Shown here piece after piece: positions 25,531 through 39,817 of a stretch of DNA of 64,000 nt; position 1 is the stretch's first letter; each line of letters begins with the position of its first letter. The notes under the pieces were generated by a model. It was not told where the DNA came from, made no database searches, and saw nothing but the letters and a program-made list of their open reading frames with translations. Source of the stretch: Camelus ferus (taxonomy: Eukaryota). The stretch is taken from assembly GCF_009834535.1 (NCBI RefSeq), contig NC_045696.1, positions 103,170,001-103,234,000 of the forward strand. Reading direction: 5' to 3'. The translations under genes were made by a program, and so were the position numbers.

Positions 25531-26774
25531 TGACTCGCAGGGCAGGGCAGGGAAGGAAGGGCAGGCTGCGCAAATCTAGCCAGAGGGTGCTTTGTGACTT
25601 GCTTGATTTTTCCTGCACTTCCTTGATAGACCTTCAGCCCCTGTCTTTATTTACATTTAAAAACTTAAGATCTTGGTGGAATTTAACTTTATCTCCGTTC
25701 TTCCGTTGTCATTATTATTAACTGCTTCTCAAAGTGCTGAGCAACTGATCTCCATGGATATGGGAGTTATTGGACAAGTTTTGAAGGCTGTGTTGTCATT
25801 ACTTTTTCTCCTTTCCATCTTTGAGGATTCATGAAAGTATCTCTTTCTGGGTTGAGAAACCTACCAAGTCATTGTTACTAGTAAAACAACCAATAGATTG
25901 GTATTCTTCTGTTCTCGTTTTAATGAAGTGTTGATTTCTACACAGTTGTCAGCACTCCAAAAATAACGTTGATCCGATGTGATGTTTTTATTTACTCTTC
26001 TTTCTAATATCAACATCTTTTTATGTTAACAGTGTTGGAGAAACAGGAGCTGTTAGCTACCTATCCCATTGCCAGCAGCACTGATCTCTCGGTTGCTCGG
26101 TTCCCATCCTTGTTCCCACCCCCTTCTTTAGACGTGTTTTTCAGCCGCTGCAGTTGCCCAAGAGCGGGTTCAGCTTTTAAAAGACTGCTTGGAACGTTTG
26201 TTTGGAGGGCTTCCTCAGTCTGGTTTCAGGACTAGACAGAGCGCTGGGGCTAGGGCAGCTCCCTGGTCCCTTCCCTGTTCACCTGTGCAGGAACACTGCC
26301 TACCCAGCCACACATCCCACCCCTACCCTCACCTGAAGGACAGATGAAAGGCTGTCCTTCAGCGACTGTGTGCTCCTTATCTTTGTAATGAGTCTTTATC
26401 AGAACACAATGATACTTTTCACACAGTCTCCCTTATAATTCTAGACACAAAGTACTTTTGTTTTAAGCAGTGAGGTTTTTTTTTTTTTTTTTTTGAAAGG
26501 AGTTGAACTATTTGGAACCAAAGAGATACAGAAATTGTTAGGAGATAACAGAGTTTCACAGTTGCTATATAATTTGGGGAGAATCATTAGTTTTGTAGAA
26601 ATGAGGTAAAAATCTCAAAGAGAAATTGGGATTGCTGTGAGTAGCAGGAGACTAGAATGGTTTGGTCAGACTCTAAACTGGAGGTGTCTGGAAAGATATG
26701 GGAGTAAATAAAAATACAAAAATTCCCTGCCCTCAAAGGATGAAGCACTGTATCCTAAATTAAGGGGGTGAAAG

Positions 26775-27070
26775 CAGTGCCTCTCAAACTGTGATAAGCG
26801 TTTACAGCATTGCTTCTTAAAGTGTGGTTCCCACACTGCTGAGATTGAAATAGAGAAACTAAGATTTAGAAACTTGTGTAGCAGTTTGGCAGAGTAATTT
26901 TATGTCTGTTGACCTTAATAATAAAGCATTTGGGATTTTACTTTGTATGTAATTTTTTTTACCTAAAACTTGTTTTAATTGTGTCTTAAAAATTGTTGGT
27001 CCGCAATGAATTAGAAATCAGAAAAACAAAACAAAACAACAATCAGTCCTTTACTTCAAATAGCTTGATT
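26775..27070. mobile_element. hAT-Charlie-type non-autonomous DNA transposon remnant
   Basis: cagtgcctctcaaactgtg start and cttaaagtgtggt motifs typical of Charlie/MER5 termini. Confidence 0.45.
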
Positions 27071-27779
27071 TCTTTGGGGAAAAGGGTCTTGCTGGCCTAG
27101 ATTACGATTTAGCATCTGGTTTATTACCTCATGGGCACAGAATAAAGAATTGAATTGCATTTAATCAAAGTATTAGGAATTCAGTTTGCTTCATGGGACT
27201 CTGTGAATTAGACACAGACCTGGTGTTTGTTTTCTTACATGAAAATCACACTTCTGCTAATATTATGTTGGGAAGAATATATTATAGAAACCCCAACCAC
27301 TAGTACAGGATTTGACTGTTATTGCCAAATAAATAGCTTAAAAAACAGAAAAAAAAACTCAAGACATCACCTTTTAGGGACAAGAACAAAATAGGCTGTG
27401 TTGGTCTTTTAGTTAAAATTGAAATCCTAAACAGGAGCCTTGACATTAGGCAGCTAATACTAGGCCTCTCAGAAGACTTCAGCTTTCTTCTTGTGACATT
27501 CATTTTTTAATAGCAGAGACACATTTTTAGCCTTTTTCTATAAGTTGTAGTCTTTAAAAAGTTTTTCTATGGACTCTTAAATATTGGTGTTATATACTAG
27601 AATAGTATTTGGAGTTGGAAATCATGCATGTGAATATTTGATATTTTTAGCTTTTAAAAATGGAGAAAGGTTATCATGTTCCCCATTTGAACATCATGTG
27701 ATTGTGAGAAACAATGAAAGATAATAACTTTTTTGTTTGTTTGTTTGTTTTACTTTTAGATGTACCCAGGTTGCAGGAA

Positions 27780-27970
27780 GTTTTTATTTATTTATTTAAA
27801 CTCTTACTTTTTATTGAAGTGTAGTCGATTTATAATGTTAGTTTCATGTGTAGAGCAAAGCAATTCAGTTATACAAACATATATATATATATATTTTCAC
27901 ATTCTTTTCCATTATAGCTCATTACAAGAGATTGAATATAGATCCCCATGCTATTCAGTAAGTCCTTGTT
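27780..27970 (-). mobile_element. Short L1 3' end fragment
   Basis: ttttattgaagtgtagtcgatttataatgtt...caagagattgaatatagatcccc, the same 3' UTR type as other lineage L1s here. Confidence 0.8.
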
Positions 27971-29099
27971 GAAAGCTAACATCTTGGTTGGAAGAACAGA
28001 ACAGAAAGGCCACTCCAAAGAAAACAGTGGACTCTCCAATACTCTGTACCCTCTGGACCTTCTTGAAAAAAATCTGGTGGTTGTCTTTTGTTTTTAATCA
28101 ACAGAACACATTTTCTTCTTAGCTTTGATTATATTCTTGATCTAGTTTCAGTTTGGTCTTCCAAACTACTGTGACATGTTTGGGGGTGGTGAGCTGTCCG
28201 GGTCGGTGGAGTGGATGGAGATGACCCTGGAGTGCCACCGACAATTGTGGTTTGTAGGCTTGATGTGATGAGGGATGCAATCAGCTTTTAAGGGTGAGGG
28301 AGTACTAATTGCGACTGAGCCATTACAACCTGTGGTCATGAAAGTCTTGCATGGAAAGAACAGAGATGTTATTTGATAGAAGGGAAATGATTTTGTTAAA
28401 TCTGTTTGTTTCTAACATGCTCACTGGGGAATAATAGATTCTTTTCTCATATCATCCCCATGTCACCCTCATGGCTCCCCCCATGGTCACTGTTTTCATC
28501 ATGGTTCCTTTTTTTTCCCCCTCTTTATTTTGACCTTTCCATACGTGTTAGAAGTTTTCCTTAAATGGTGGTCTTTGGTTGGTTATCTCTTCATATTTTC
28601 AGTACCCTGTCTTACCCCTCTCAGCTATGTCTGGTATTTATTTGCAAGTAAAGAATTTCTCTCAACCCCTTCAGATAGTAGAACTTTGTGCCCACTTAGG
28701 AAGGGGAGTGGATCTGACTGGGTAAGGGGAGTTGAGGATTTTTATAAAGACTGAATCGATCTTGTGTTCAACCCCATCTGGCATGTCAGCCTTCTGACAT
28801 ACCTCTAATTTTCAGGGTTCTACCCTAGAATCTCTGCCTGGGATTATTGCGCAGAGATGGGAAGTAATCCTAGCAGGGGTGAGGTGTCAGTTTTCTCCTC
28901 TGTGCTTAGCCAGGTACCACCCACCCACTGTTTATATTAAAAACATTTGTTAAAACCTGCTCTAAGCCTGTTTGCTCTCCTTATCTTTCTGCAGAAACCT
29001 TTTTCATGTTTTTATTTAAATGGAGTCTTGAGAAGAATTGGAGAAAATTTATGTTCAAGCCATCATTTTAACCTGAAGCCATAGGCTCTTTATATTTTG

Positions 29100-32000
29100 T
29101 TTTTAAAATCAGCATATGAGTAAAATTTACTTTTTTGGTGAATAATTTCTGTGAGTTTTAGCCACATCCGTAGAAGTAACCCCCCAGACTCCTTTGTGCT
29201 AGCCCTTTGTAGTCAGACCCTCTTCCCACACCTAATCTCTGAAAACCACTGATCTATTTTCCATGAGTATAGTTTTTTGTCATCTTGAGAATGTCATATA
29301 AGTGAACAATACAGTAAGTAGCCTTTGGAGACTGGCTTTTTTCAGCATAATGCCTTTGAGATTCATCTGTATTGTTGTCTGTATCAAGAGTTCATTCCTT
29401 TTTATTTCTGAGTAGTAATCCATTATCTGGATATGTACACAATTCATTCACCTGTTGAAGTACATTTGGGTTGTTTCCAGCTTCTGGTGATTTTCAATAG
29501 AGCTGCTATAAACATTTGTGTATGGATTTTTAATGTGAATGTAAGTTTTCATTTCTCTAAAATAAATACCTAGGAGTGGGATTGTTGGGTCATAGGTAAG
29601 TGAATGTTTAACTTAATTAATTAATTGCAAAAGTTTTCAGTGACTCTACCATTTTGCATTTCCACCAGCAATGCACATGAGTTCCACTTGTTCTTCCCCA
29701 ACACATGTATATGATATTGTTAGTATTTTTTATTTAGGCATCCTAATAGATGTAGTGGTATCTCATTGTGGGTTTGATTTGCATTTCCCTAATGGCTAAT
29801 GACAGTGAATATTTCTATGTGCATATTTCCTATCCATATATCTTCTTGGATAAAATGCCTGTTCAGGTCTTTTGCCCATTTTTTAATTGAGTTGTTTTCT
29901 TATTGTTGGATTTTGAGATTTTTTAATGTATTCTATATATAAGTCCTTTGTTAAATGTGTTATTTGCAGATATTTTCATCCAGTCTGACTTTGTCTTTTC
30001 ATTTTCTAAACAGTATGTTTTGCAGAGCGAACATTTTAAGTTTTGATGAAGCCCAGGTTATCATTTTTTTAGTTTGTTTTATGAATTGTACTTTTGGTAT
30101 CATATGTAAGAACTCTTCACCTAATCCCCAGTCACAAAGATTTTCTCCTGTGATTTTTTTCCAAGCATTTTACAGTTTTATGTTTTACATTTAGATCTAT
30201 GATTCATTTTGAGTTAATTTTTTGTGTTAAGATGTGAGGTTAGGTTGAAGCTAATTTCTTTTGCATATGGGTATATAATTATTCCAGTCGTTGAAAGAGC
30301 TATCTTTTCTCCATTAAATTGCCTTGTATATTTGTCAAAAATAAACTAGCCATATTTCCGTATTTGTGTGGGTCTGTTTCTGGATTCTCTTCTGTTCTGT
30401 TGTTCTATTTGTCTGTTTTTATGATTACACTGTTTTGATTACTATGGCTTTATAATAAGTCTTGAAATTGTGTAATGTGACTCCTCCAATTTTATTCTTT
30501 TTCAACATTGTTTTGACTGTTTTAGTTCTTTTGCCTTTCCATATGAATTTTAGGATCATCATATCTATATCTATAAGAAAATCCTAGGATTTTGATGTAG
30601 AATTCTGGATGAGAGTTCTTTTAGCTCTCTAAAAATGTTAAGCCACTTCCTCCTGGCCTTCATGGTTCTGGTGAGAAGTCTACAGTCACTTAAATCATTG
30701 TTCTATGTATGTAATGTGTCTGGTTGCTTTCAATTTTGTTTTATTTTGTTTTCTGTTTTCAGCACTTGAATTATGCTGGATCTGGCCATGTAATGCTTTG
30801 AACTTATCCTGTTAGGAGTTTTCTAAGCATCTTGAATATATATATTTTAAGTATTTCACTGAATGTGGGAATTTTTAGCACTATTACTTCCTTGAAGTAC
30901 TTTTTTTCTACACTGAACTCTTTGTTTTCCTCTTTGGGGCCAATGATGACATAAATATTAGACCATTTCTTCTTGTCCCACAGATCCCTGAAGATTTGTT
31001 CCTTTTTTCTTTTTGTTGTTCAGATTAGATAGTTTCTCTTGATCTATCTTCAAGCTTATTGACTTTCTTTTGTTATTGCCATTCTACTATTGAACCCATC
31101 CAGTATGTTTTTTATTTTAATTATTATATTTTTCTTTTTTAATTGATTTTTTTCCAGCTTTATTGAGGTATGGTTGACAACTAAAAGTTGTATATATTTA
31201 AGGCATATAAATTGATGTTTTATTATACAGATACATTGTGAAGTGATTACCATAATCAAGCTAATTAACACATTCATCTCACATGGTTACCATATGTATG
31301 TGTGTGTAGTGAGAACACTTGAGAACTACTCTCTTAGCAAATTTCAAGTGTACAATACATTAACTGTAGTCACCACACTGTACATTAAGTCTCTAGACTT
31401 TATTCAGTAATCTTATAGCTGAAAGTTTGTATCCTTTGCCCAGTATCTCTCCATTTCCTCCACTCCCCTAATTATTGTATTTTTAAATTCTGAAATTGTC
31501 ATTTCATTTTTCTTTATGTATTTTATGTATTTGCCGAGACTTTCTATCTTTCCATTTTTTTGCCTTTACTTCTTGGAGCATTTTAATAATAGCTGCTTTA
31601 AAGTCTTTATCAGATATCTGTGTTATGTCAGTGTTGGTATCTATTATCTGTCCCATGTGAGCTGAGATTTTTCTGGTTCTTCATATACCTTGTAATTTTG
31701 GATTGTATCCTGGATATTTTGAATATCATGTTATAAGACTCTGTCTGGGACTTGTGTAAAGCCTATGATGAATGTTAGTATTTTTCTTTTAGTAGGTGAT
31801 AAATACACTTGTGTTCAGGCTACAAGTGCTGACCAGCCTTCTGTGGACTTTGGTTTCAATGTTAGTTCTGTTTTCAAAACAGAACAAACAGTAGTGTTTT
31901 GATCTTCCCTGTGTAATGTTTGCCACCTTGAGATCAGTCTGGGACCTGGGCAGTGGTCTGTTCCTTAGTTCTGCTCTTAGCATCTTTGCTGTGTTGATTA

Positions 32001-32670
32001 GGTTTCTGTTCACACACGTGCAGCTTCGAGGTGAGCCTAGGAATTCATCCATGACTTTTCTGGAGTAGCTTTAGCAAGGTCTTCCCTCTGAGATCTTCCT
32101 GGTACTTTTCAGTTCCCTGAGTCTCCCCATTTGGGTCCTCTTGCCGGAAGCTGGAGCTTTCATTATTCCCATTCTGCTGGGCACTTTGTATGCTCGGATT
32201 TGGGGCTAGGGACCAGGAGCACACAGCAGACAGAAAAAGGCCATTGGGGGCTCACCTTTGCCTCCTGGGCCCACAGCTCATCTGATTAGAGAGGAAGTGT
32301 TCCCTCACTCAGCATTTCAGGTGCTTGTGGTTACTGCTGCAGCCATCACTGTGGGATAGTCCAGATAGAAAAGTGTGGAGGCAAAGGGGGATAAAAAAGA
32401 AAAGTGGAGGATTTCTCCCATTCCCTCTGAGTGTTAACCAGAACTCTCCTGGAGTTTCCACCATACCCTGATAGATACTGCTGGTTTCCAGGCTGCCTTG
32501 AGGTCAGGCCACAAGAAAAATGAGACGCTCACCCCCAGTTTAGTGATACTCTAATTACTTATCTTCTTCCCCAGTCTGCCTGCCACCATATGCTTTGTGC
32601 AGTCCACAGAACTGCTCCACGCGTTCTGTCCAGGTCTCCTACCAGTACTCATTGGGAGGGACGGGGTGGC
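29100..32670 (-). mobile_element. Composite of old L1 fragments (3' UTR/ORF2 to ~30600, then ORF1 and 5' region)
   Basis: Typical antisense ORF2 motifs (tctcattgtgggtttgatttgcatttccctaatg; catatgaattttagg). ORF1-like KNILDGFNSR in ORF 31056..31277. Confidence 0.8.
31134..31468 (-). mobile_element. Nested L1MA-type 3' end
   Basis: 16-bp TSD taattatt(a/g)tattttt at 31118-31133 and 31469-31484. Confidence 0.88.
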
Positions 32671-33038
32671 GTGTGCTCACTCCTGTCACAGTCTGAACTG
32701 GAACTCAGTACTTTATTTGCGAATTTTAACCTTTTTTTTTTGAAGTTTGACTTTTTCTTATTACAAAATCAATGCATCTTCATTGTAGAAAGCTTAGAAA
32801 GTAAAGATAAAATAAAGAAAACTAAAATCTTCTCTAAACTCATGAACTAAAGAAAACGTATTTTGGTGTATCATCCTTTTTTATTTCAGATATGTATTTT
32901 TTTCCATCTTAACAATAGAAGTGAGTTATATAATACATAAAATCATGTTTTTATTTATTTTTAAACCAGCCACCTTAAGACCCGGATGCTACTGATTTGA
33001 TCTAATGCTTTTACTGTATCTTCTCTTTTCCTGCATAG

Positions 33039-33132
33039 GTAGAGAGTCTTTATCCACAAACTGGCTGGGTTGAAATTGACCCTGATGTTCTCTGGCTTCA
33101 ATTTGTTGCTGTAGTAAAAGAATCGGTCAAAG
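33039..33132 (+). CDS. GK5: GK5 exon 2 (94 nt)
   Basis: tag|GTA...AAAG|gtaact. VESLYPQTGWVEIDPDVLWLQFVAVVKESVK contains the FGGY P..GWVE.DP motif. Confidence 0.97.
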
Positions 33133-34796
33133 GTAACTGGATTTATAAAATAAAGCTAGTCAGTAAAGTCCATTTTGTATATATTACGAGTTTTCCTCAG
33201 GCGTCTGTAGAATTTTGTGAGTTCCCTAGGTTATAGTTATACATATGGTAGTATTTTATGGGGTCCCAGTTTCCCAGTATTTTGGAGGGACATTTGCAGT
33301 TTACAGTGAATCACTTTGTCAGGGGAAGGTAGCAACTGCTCTGTCCTCTGCTGTAAACCTTTTGAGCTGCGGGACAAGGGCTCACCTTCCTTCTTCGTTC
33401 TAGGCTGTAGCTAGTGCCAATTTGATTTCCTGTTATGTATAAAATACCAGAGTGTTATAAACAAAGTTACAGCACACAGTTCCTGCTCACAGTTTACAGC
33501 TGAATTACCTTTATTGTAAAGTAAGTTTTTGTTGTTTTGTTTTTTTTTCCTGTGGGCCCTTCTGCTGCAAAATGCCTTCCTGGCCACAGCCATGGTCTGA
33601 AATCTTAGCTCTTTAAGAATGTTTTCAATGCAGCCTTCTTAAAGAACACAGCCAATGATGACTTGTAAATGTAAATTCTAAAAGATCTTTTACTTCATTT
33701 TTTTTTCTGACGGAATTGCTTCTCCTTAGGTTTGAAGTATTTCAAAACTTATTTTTAAGAAAAGGTGGCAGGAATACTACATTGAACACCTGTATACTTC
33801 CTCATAGATTCGAACATATTTTGCGGTGTTTACCATTCTCTGCAAACGTTTCTTCTTTTTGGCTGGCCAGTGTGAGAGGTGGTTGTGATGTAATAACCTG
33901 TCATCTCTATATACTTCATTATCTCCAAAGAAAATGAGTATTCTACATAAATACAGTGCAATTATTATATAGGAAATTGAATATTTTCTAATACTTAGTC
34001 TTCAATATTCCCCTCTGATCTTAGTCATGAATAATTATTTTTTCAATTCAGAATCCAACCAAAGATGAGACACTGCACCTAACAGTCAGTGTGTTTAGTC
34101 TCCTTTAGTCTAGAAGTGTATTCTTCATGACACTGACAGTTTTCAAAGGTACAGACCAGTTTAATAGACTGTCCTGCATTTGGAGATTGTCTAATTATTT
34201 CCTCATGATAGATTCAACTTAAATATTTTTGGCAGGAGTACTATACCGGGGGGTGAAGTTGTTCCTAATTTGCTCAGTGGGATAAATTGCTTTTTAAAAA
34301 GCATATCATGAAAACATTTGAGTTGCTATACACTAAGAAATTTGGACCTCCAAAATGCATGTTTAAATTTGTATTCTAACATCTGTTTATGTGGAAAATA
34401 AGATCTGTGCTTCAGTATTTACATATTTTCCCTAAGGACTTTTCCCTTGCTGCCATTAATCAGCTTCTGTGATGGCTGATCATTGCAGTAAATTAAGATC
34501 TAATTTTTTAGTAATATTCTAGAAGAAAATACGTGGCTTACTTAAAGTTGTGTTTTTCCCTAACCTTTAAAGCAAAAAGGCCATTTTGTTATTACAATAT
34601 GACCTTTTTTCCCTTTAAGAAAAAAGAAGTACTACAAAAATCGTCCTAGTAATGCTTTATTAGCTCCAATCGTGTTATTAAAATGCTAAACCCAGTTTGT
34701 TTTTCTTAAAATTATATTGAGTGATTTCCACATTGATACTATTGTGAAGCAAAACTTCATGAACTTTAAACTTGTTTTATCTGTCTCTGTTTTTAG

Positions 34797-34872
34797 CTGC
34801 AGGAATAGAGATGAATCAAATTGTTGGTCTTGGAATTTCAACACAGAGAGCAACTTTTATTACGTGGAACAA
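34797..34872 (+). CDS. GK5: GK5 exon 3 (76 nt)
   Basis: tag|CT...AA|gtaagt. (A)AGIEMNQIVGLGISTQRATFITWN(K). Confidence 0.97.
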
Positions 34873-35329
34873 GTAAGTGCATTGTGCAGTTAAGAACTCT
34901 AGTGCAGGGTTCACATCACAGCGAACGTATTGCTGTGAACCCTGTTTGGGGATTTTAAACTTGTGAATTAAGAACAGTTTTGCTTGGTTAAGAGAGTGAA
35001 AGTGGGCCTACTTTCTGGCTTACTTAATATGCTCCCTGCGTGTATCTGGGCTTCACTTATACAGGATAATAGCGAAAAGACTGTTGCTGTCATTAAATTT
35101 TCCATTCCTTTGGTTTGGTGTCAGTTTTTCAAATAAGCATGGATTGAAGATCTACAAAATTAACTTATACCTAAAAAGGTTCAGGAGAACCTAGCAAATT
35201 TCAGAAACACGAGATTGTAATTATGATTTATATTTTCAATCTACTCCAAATTTAATATTTAAGTACCTGTAACATATGAGATGTGTATAGAAGTGTATGG
35301 ATTAAATACAACTATAGTACCATAATGGC

Positions 35330-35540
35330 TACTGTATAGTGAATACCTGTGGTAATTTAGATTCCATTATCCTTACAAAGCTGTTATTTAGGTGTTATGT
35401 CTATTTTTACAGAGAAAGAAACTGAGGCTCAGAGAAATAAGTAAGTTGTTCAAGGTCACTCAGTTAATAAATAGAATCAAGATTCCAGATTATCTTTTTG
35501 AGCCCAAAGCACACGCTCTTTCCACTACCTCTATATTGCC
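35330..35540 (-). mobile_element. MIR SINE remnant
   Basis: attttacagagaaagaaactgaggctcagagaaataagtaagttgttcaaggtcac. Confidence 0.8.
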
Positions 35541-35784
35541 TTCAACATGTATTTCTTATCTTAAAAACAATAACACCAAAAACGCTATACATTTTTTTCT
35601 TTGTTACAAAGCACTGGACTCCAAAGAGCAGCTGGAGCCTGGGGCAGTGGAGAAGAGAAGTGGTAAATGTAGAGGGTAGGGATAAGTTTAAGAAATATAA
35701 TCAAGGTGAATTCACAATGACTTGGCCTTTAATTCAGTGATAAGCAAGAGGAAGAAGTTTAAATTTTCCAGTATTTGCCTGGAT

Positions 35785-38700
35785 GGGATCAAGATGGTGA
35801 AATAGGAAGACACTGAGCTCACCTCCCCCAACACACAGATCAAAATGGTAACTACATATAAAGCAACTCTCTCTGAGGACGACTTGAAGAATGTCAGAAC
35901 AGCTCTTCTACAGCCAAGGTTGTACAGAAAGAACCACATGGAGTCTGGTAGCAGATAGAGTTTGGAAGTACAAATGCAACCAGAAAACAAGTAACAAAAT
36001 GGCAATAAGTACATACCTATTAATAATCACTTTTACTGTAAATAGACTAAATGCTCCATCAAAAACCATAGAGGGTCTGATTGGATTGAAAAACAACGCA
36101 GCTATATGTTATGTACAAGAGACTCACTTTGGAGTTAAAGACACATGCACCCTGAAAGTGAGGGGATGGAAAAAGATATTCTATGCGAAGAGAAATGAAA
36201 ACCTGGGGTAGCAGTACTCATATCACACAAAATAGACTTTAGGACAAAATCTATAACAAAAGACAAAGGAGGGCATTAATAATGATAAAAAGGTCAATCC
36301 AAGAGGAGAATATTAGACTTGTTAACGTATATGCACCAAATACAGGAGCACCTAAATATATAAAGTACTAAAGTACTTTCCAAAATCTATGGGACACAGC
36401 AAAAACAGTGCTATGCGGGAAGATTGTGGTGATAGAAGCTTACCTTAGGAAGTAAGAAAAATCTCCAACAACCTCACTTTCCATCTAAAGGAATAGAAAA
36501 AGAAGAACAAAGCACAAAGTCAACAGAAGGGGACAAATAATGATCAGAGTGGAAATAAATAAAAATAAAATAGAGGGCCCCCCCAAAAAAAATCAATAGA
36601 AAAGATCATTGAAACCAGGAGCTGGTTTTTTGAAAAGATAAACAAAATTGATAAAGTTTAGCCAGGCTCTAAGAAAAAAAAGAGAGACTGTTCAAATCTT
36701 TTAAATTAGAAATGGAAAAAGTTACCACCCATATCCATCAGTAATCAAAAAATTCCCAACAAACGAAATTCTAGGACTAGATGACTTCACAGGGGAGTTT
36801 TACCAGACGTTTAAAGAAGAGTTAATACCTATCCTTCTCAAACTGTTTCAAAAAATTGAAGTGGAGAGAACACTACCCAAATCATTCTTTGAGGCTAGCA
36901 TTACTGTGATATCAAAACCAGATAAAGACACTACAAAAAAAATTGCAGGCCAGTATCTCTGATGAAATACATGCAAGAATCCTCAACAAAATACTAGCAA
37001 ACTGAATTCAACAATACACAAAAAGGGTCATACATCATGATGAAGTGGAATTTATTCCAGGGATGCAAGGATGTTTCAATATCTACAAATCAGTTAATCA
37101 ATTAATATGATATATCACATCAGCACCAAGGATAAAAACCTACAATCATCTCAATAGATGCAGAAATTTTTTTTTTTCAAAATTCAGTATCATTTATGAT
37201 AAAAATTCTCAACAAAGTTGCTATAGAAGGAACATACCTCAAAATAATAAGGCCATATGACAGAGCTACAGGTAACATACTCAATGGTGGAAAAAGGCAT
37301 TTCCTCTAAGATCAGGAACAAGACAAGGATACCCACTCTTGCCACTTCTATTTAACACAGTATTGGAAGTCTAGGCACAGCAGACAAGAAAAAGAAATAA
37401 ATGCATTCAACTGGAAGGGAAGAAGTAAAACTGTCACTGTTTGCAGATAACATGATACCAGATATGGAAAATGCTAAAGATTCCACCAAAAAAAATCCTG
37501 CTAGAACTAATATGAATTCAGCAAAGTTACAGGACACAATATTAATATACAGAAATCTGTTGCATTTCTATACACTAATAATGAAACTGTTGGAAAGAGA
37601 AATGAATCCCATTTACAGACATATAAAAAAGAATAAAATATCTAGGCATAAATTTAACGAAGGAGGTGAAAGAGCTGTGCTCTGTAAACTATAAGACACT
37701 GATGAAGGAAATTGAAGACACTATAAATAAATGGAAAGATATCCCATGTTCATAGATTGGAAGAATTAATTTTTTTTAATTGTCCTCACAATGCAAAGCA
37801 GTCTACAGATTTAATGCAATCCCCATCAAAATACTCATGACATTCTCCACAGAATTAGAATAAATAATCTTAAAATTTCTATGGAACCACAAAAAACCCT
37901 GACTAGCCAAAGTAGTCTTGAGAAAAAAGAATAAAGATGGAGGTATCATGCTCCCTGACTTCAGACTATGCTACAAAGCTATAGTAATCAAAATAGTGTG
38001 GTACTGGCACAAAACTGGACATAGATCAATGGAACAGAATAGAGACCTCAGAAATAAAACCACACACATATGGTCATTTAATCTATGACAAAGGAAGCAA
38101 GAATATACAATAAGAAAAAGACAGACTTTTCAGTAAGTAGTGTTGGGATAATTGGACAGCTAAATGTAAAAGAATGAAATTATTTTTCTCATACTATATA
38201 CAAAAATAAACTCAATGAATTAAAGACCTAAATGTAAGACCTGACATCATAAAAGTAAAAGAAAGCGTATGGCAGTGAATTCTTTGACATTGGTCTTAGC
38301 AATGTTTTTTTGGATTTGTCTCCTCAGGCAAGGATAACAAAAGCAAAAATAAACAAATGGGACCTAATAAAACTTAAAAGTTTTTACACAGTGAAGGGAA
38401 CCACCAACAAAATGAGAAAATGACCTCCTGAATGGGAGAATATATTTACAAATGATGTGTCGGATTAAGGATTAATATCCAAAATATATAAAGAACTCAT
38501 ACAACTCAATACCAAAACAACAAACAACCCAATTAAAAAATGGGCAGAAGATCTAAATAGACATTTTTCCAAAGAAGACATATAGATGGCCAACAGGTAA
38601 ATGAAAAGATGCTCATTATCACTAATCATCAGAGAAATGCAAATCAACACCACGAGCTATCACCTCACACCTTAGAATGGCTAGTATCAAAAAGACAAAA

Positions 38701-39446
38701 AAATAAGTTGACCTTTGTGTACCTTTGGTGGGACTGTAAATTCCCTATGGAAAACTGTAGGGAAATTGCTCAAAAAATTAAAAATAGAACTACCATGTGA
38801 CCCAGCATTTATCTGAAGAAAATGAAAACACTAATTCAAAAAGATATATCCTCTCCAATGTTTATAGCAGCATTATGTACAGTAGCCAAGTTATGAGAAC
38901 AACCTAAGTGTCCATCAACAGGTGAATGGATAAAGATGTGGTAGATATGTGTGTGTATTTATATGTATATTTATGTAGGTATATATGTACATATACACAA
39001 TGGATTATTACTCAAAATTTAAAAAGAATAACATTTTGCCATTTGTGACAACATAAGTTGATCTGGAGGGTTATTATACTTGGTGAAATAAGTCAGATAA
39101 AGATGGATAGTATATGTGGAATCTAAAAAATAAAACAAATGAAGAAATACAGCAAAACAGATACAGACTCACTGATTCAGAGAACAAACTAGTGGTCACC
39201 AGAGGGGAGAGGGCTGGGGAAGGGCCAAAATAGGTGAAGAAGATTGAGAGTTACAAACTACCAGGTGTGAAATAATTAAATTACAAGGATGCTCTGTACA
39301 GTACAAGGAATATAGTCACTATTTTATAATATCTTTCCATGGAGTACATTCATAAAATATTGAATTACTATGTTGTACACCTGAAACTAATATAATGTAA
39401 GTCAACTCTACCTCAATTTTTAAAAAGTAAATTAAATTAAAAAAAA
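35785..39446 (+). mobile_element. Internally deleted L1 retaining the 5' terminus, disrupted ORF2 and 3' UTR, inserted in an L2
   Basis: 5' end gggatcaagatggtga. ORF2 start MAISTYLLIITFTVNRLNAP at 35999 and RT motif LSLFADNMI. A-rich tail and degenerate TSD core ccagtattt at 35768-35776 and 39454-39462. Confidence 0.92.
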
Positions 39447-39817
39447 TCAGTTACCAGTATTTCTGGCCTTGATGTTTGGGAGGTTATGATAGAAATGATA
39501 GAGGATATAAGAGGTCGAACGAGTTAGGTGGTGATGAGGGTGGGTAGAAGGGAACATGATAGAGTGTTTGGTTTGGGATGTGTGAATGTGGAGATATCCC
39601 AAAAGCAGTTTGAACATCAGTCTGGTTTAGAATGAGGCATGGCTTGTTTCCTCCAGATAAGAACTCTTCCTCTCAGGGCATAGCGCATCTCAGCTTGATG
39701 CGTGCATTTACGGTACCCATGTGCCTCCCTCCAACTCTCCACCTAGTGTCTTGGGCACAGCAAGTCTCAAATATTAGCAGATGAAGGAACAACTGAATTA
39801 AAGTCATCTGTAGAGAT

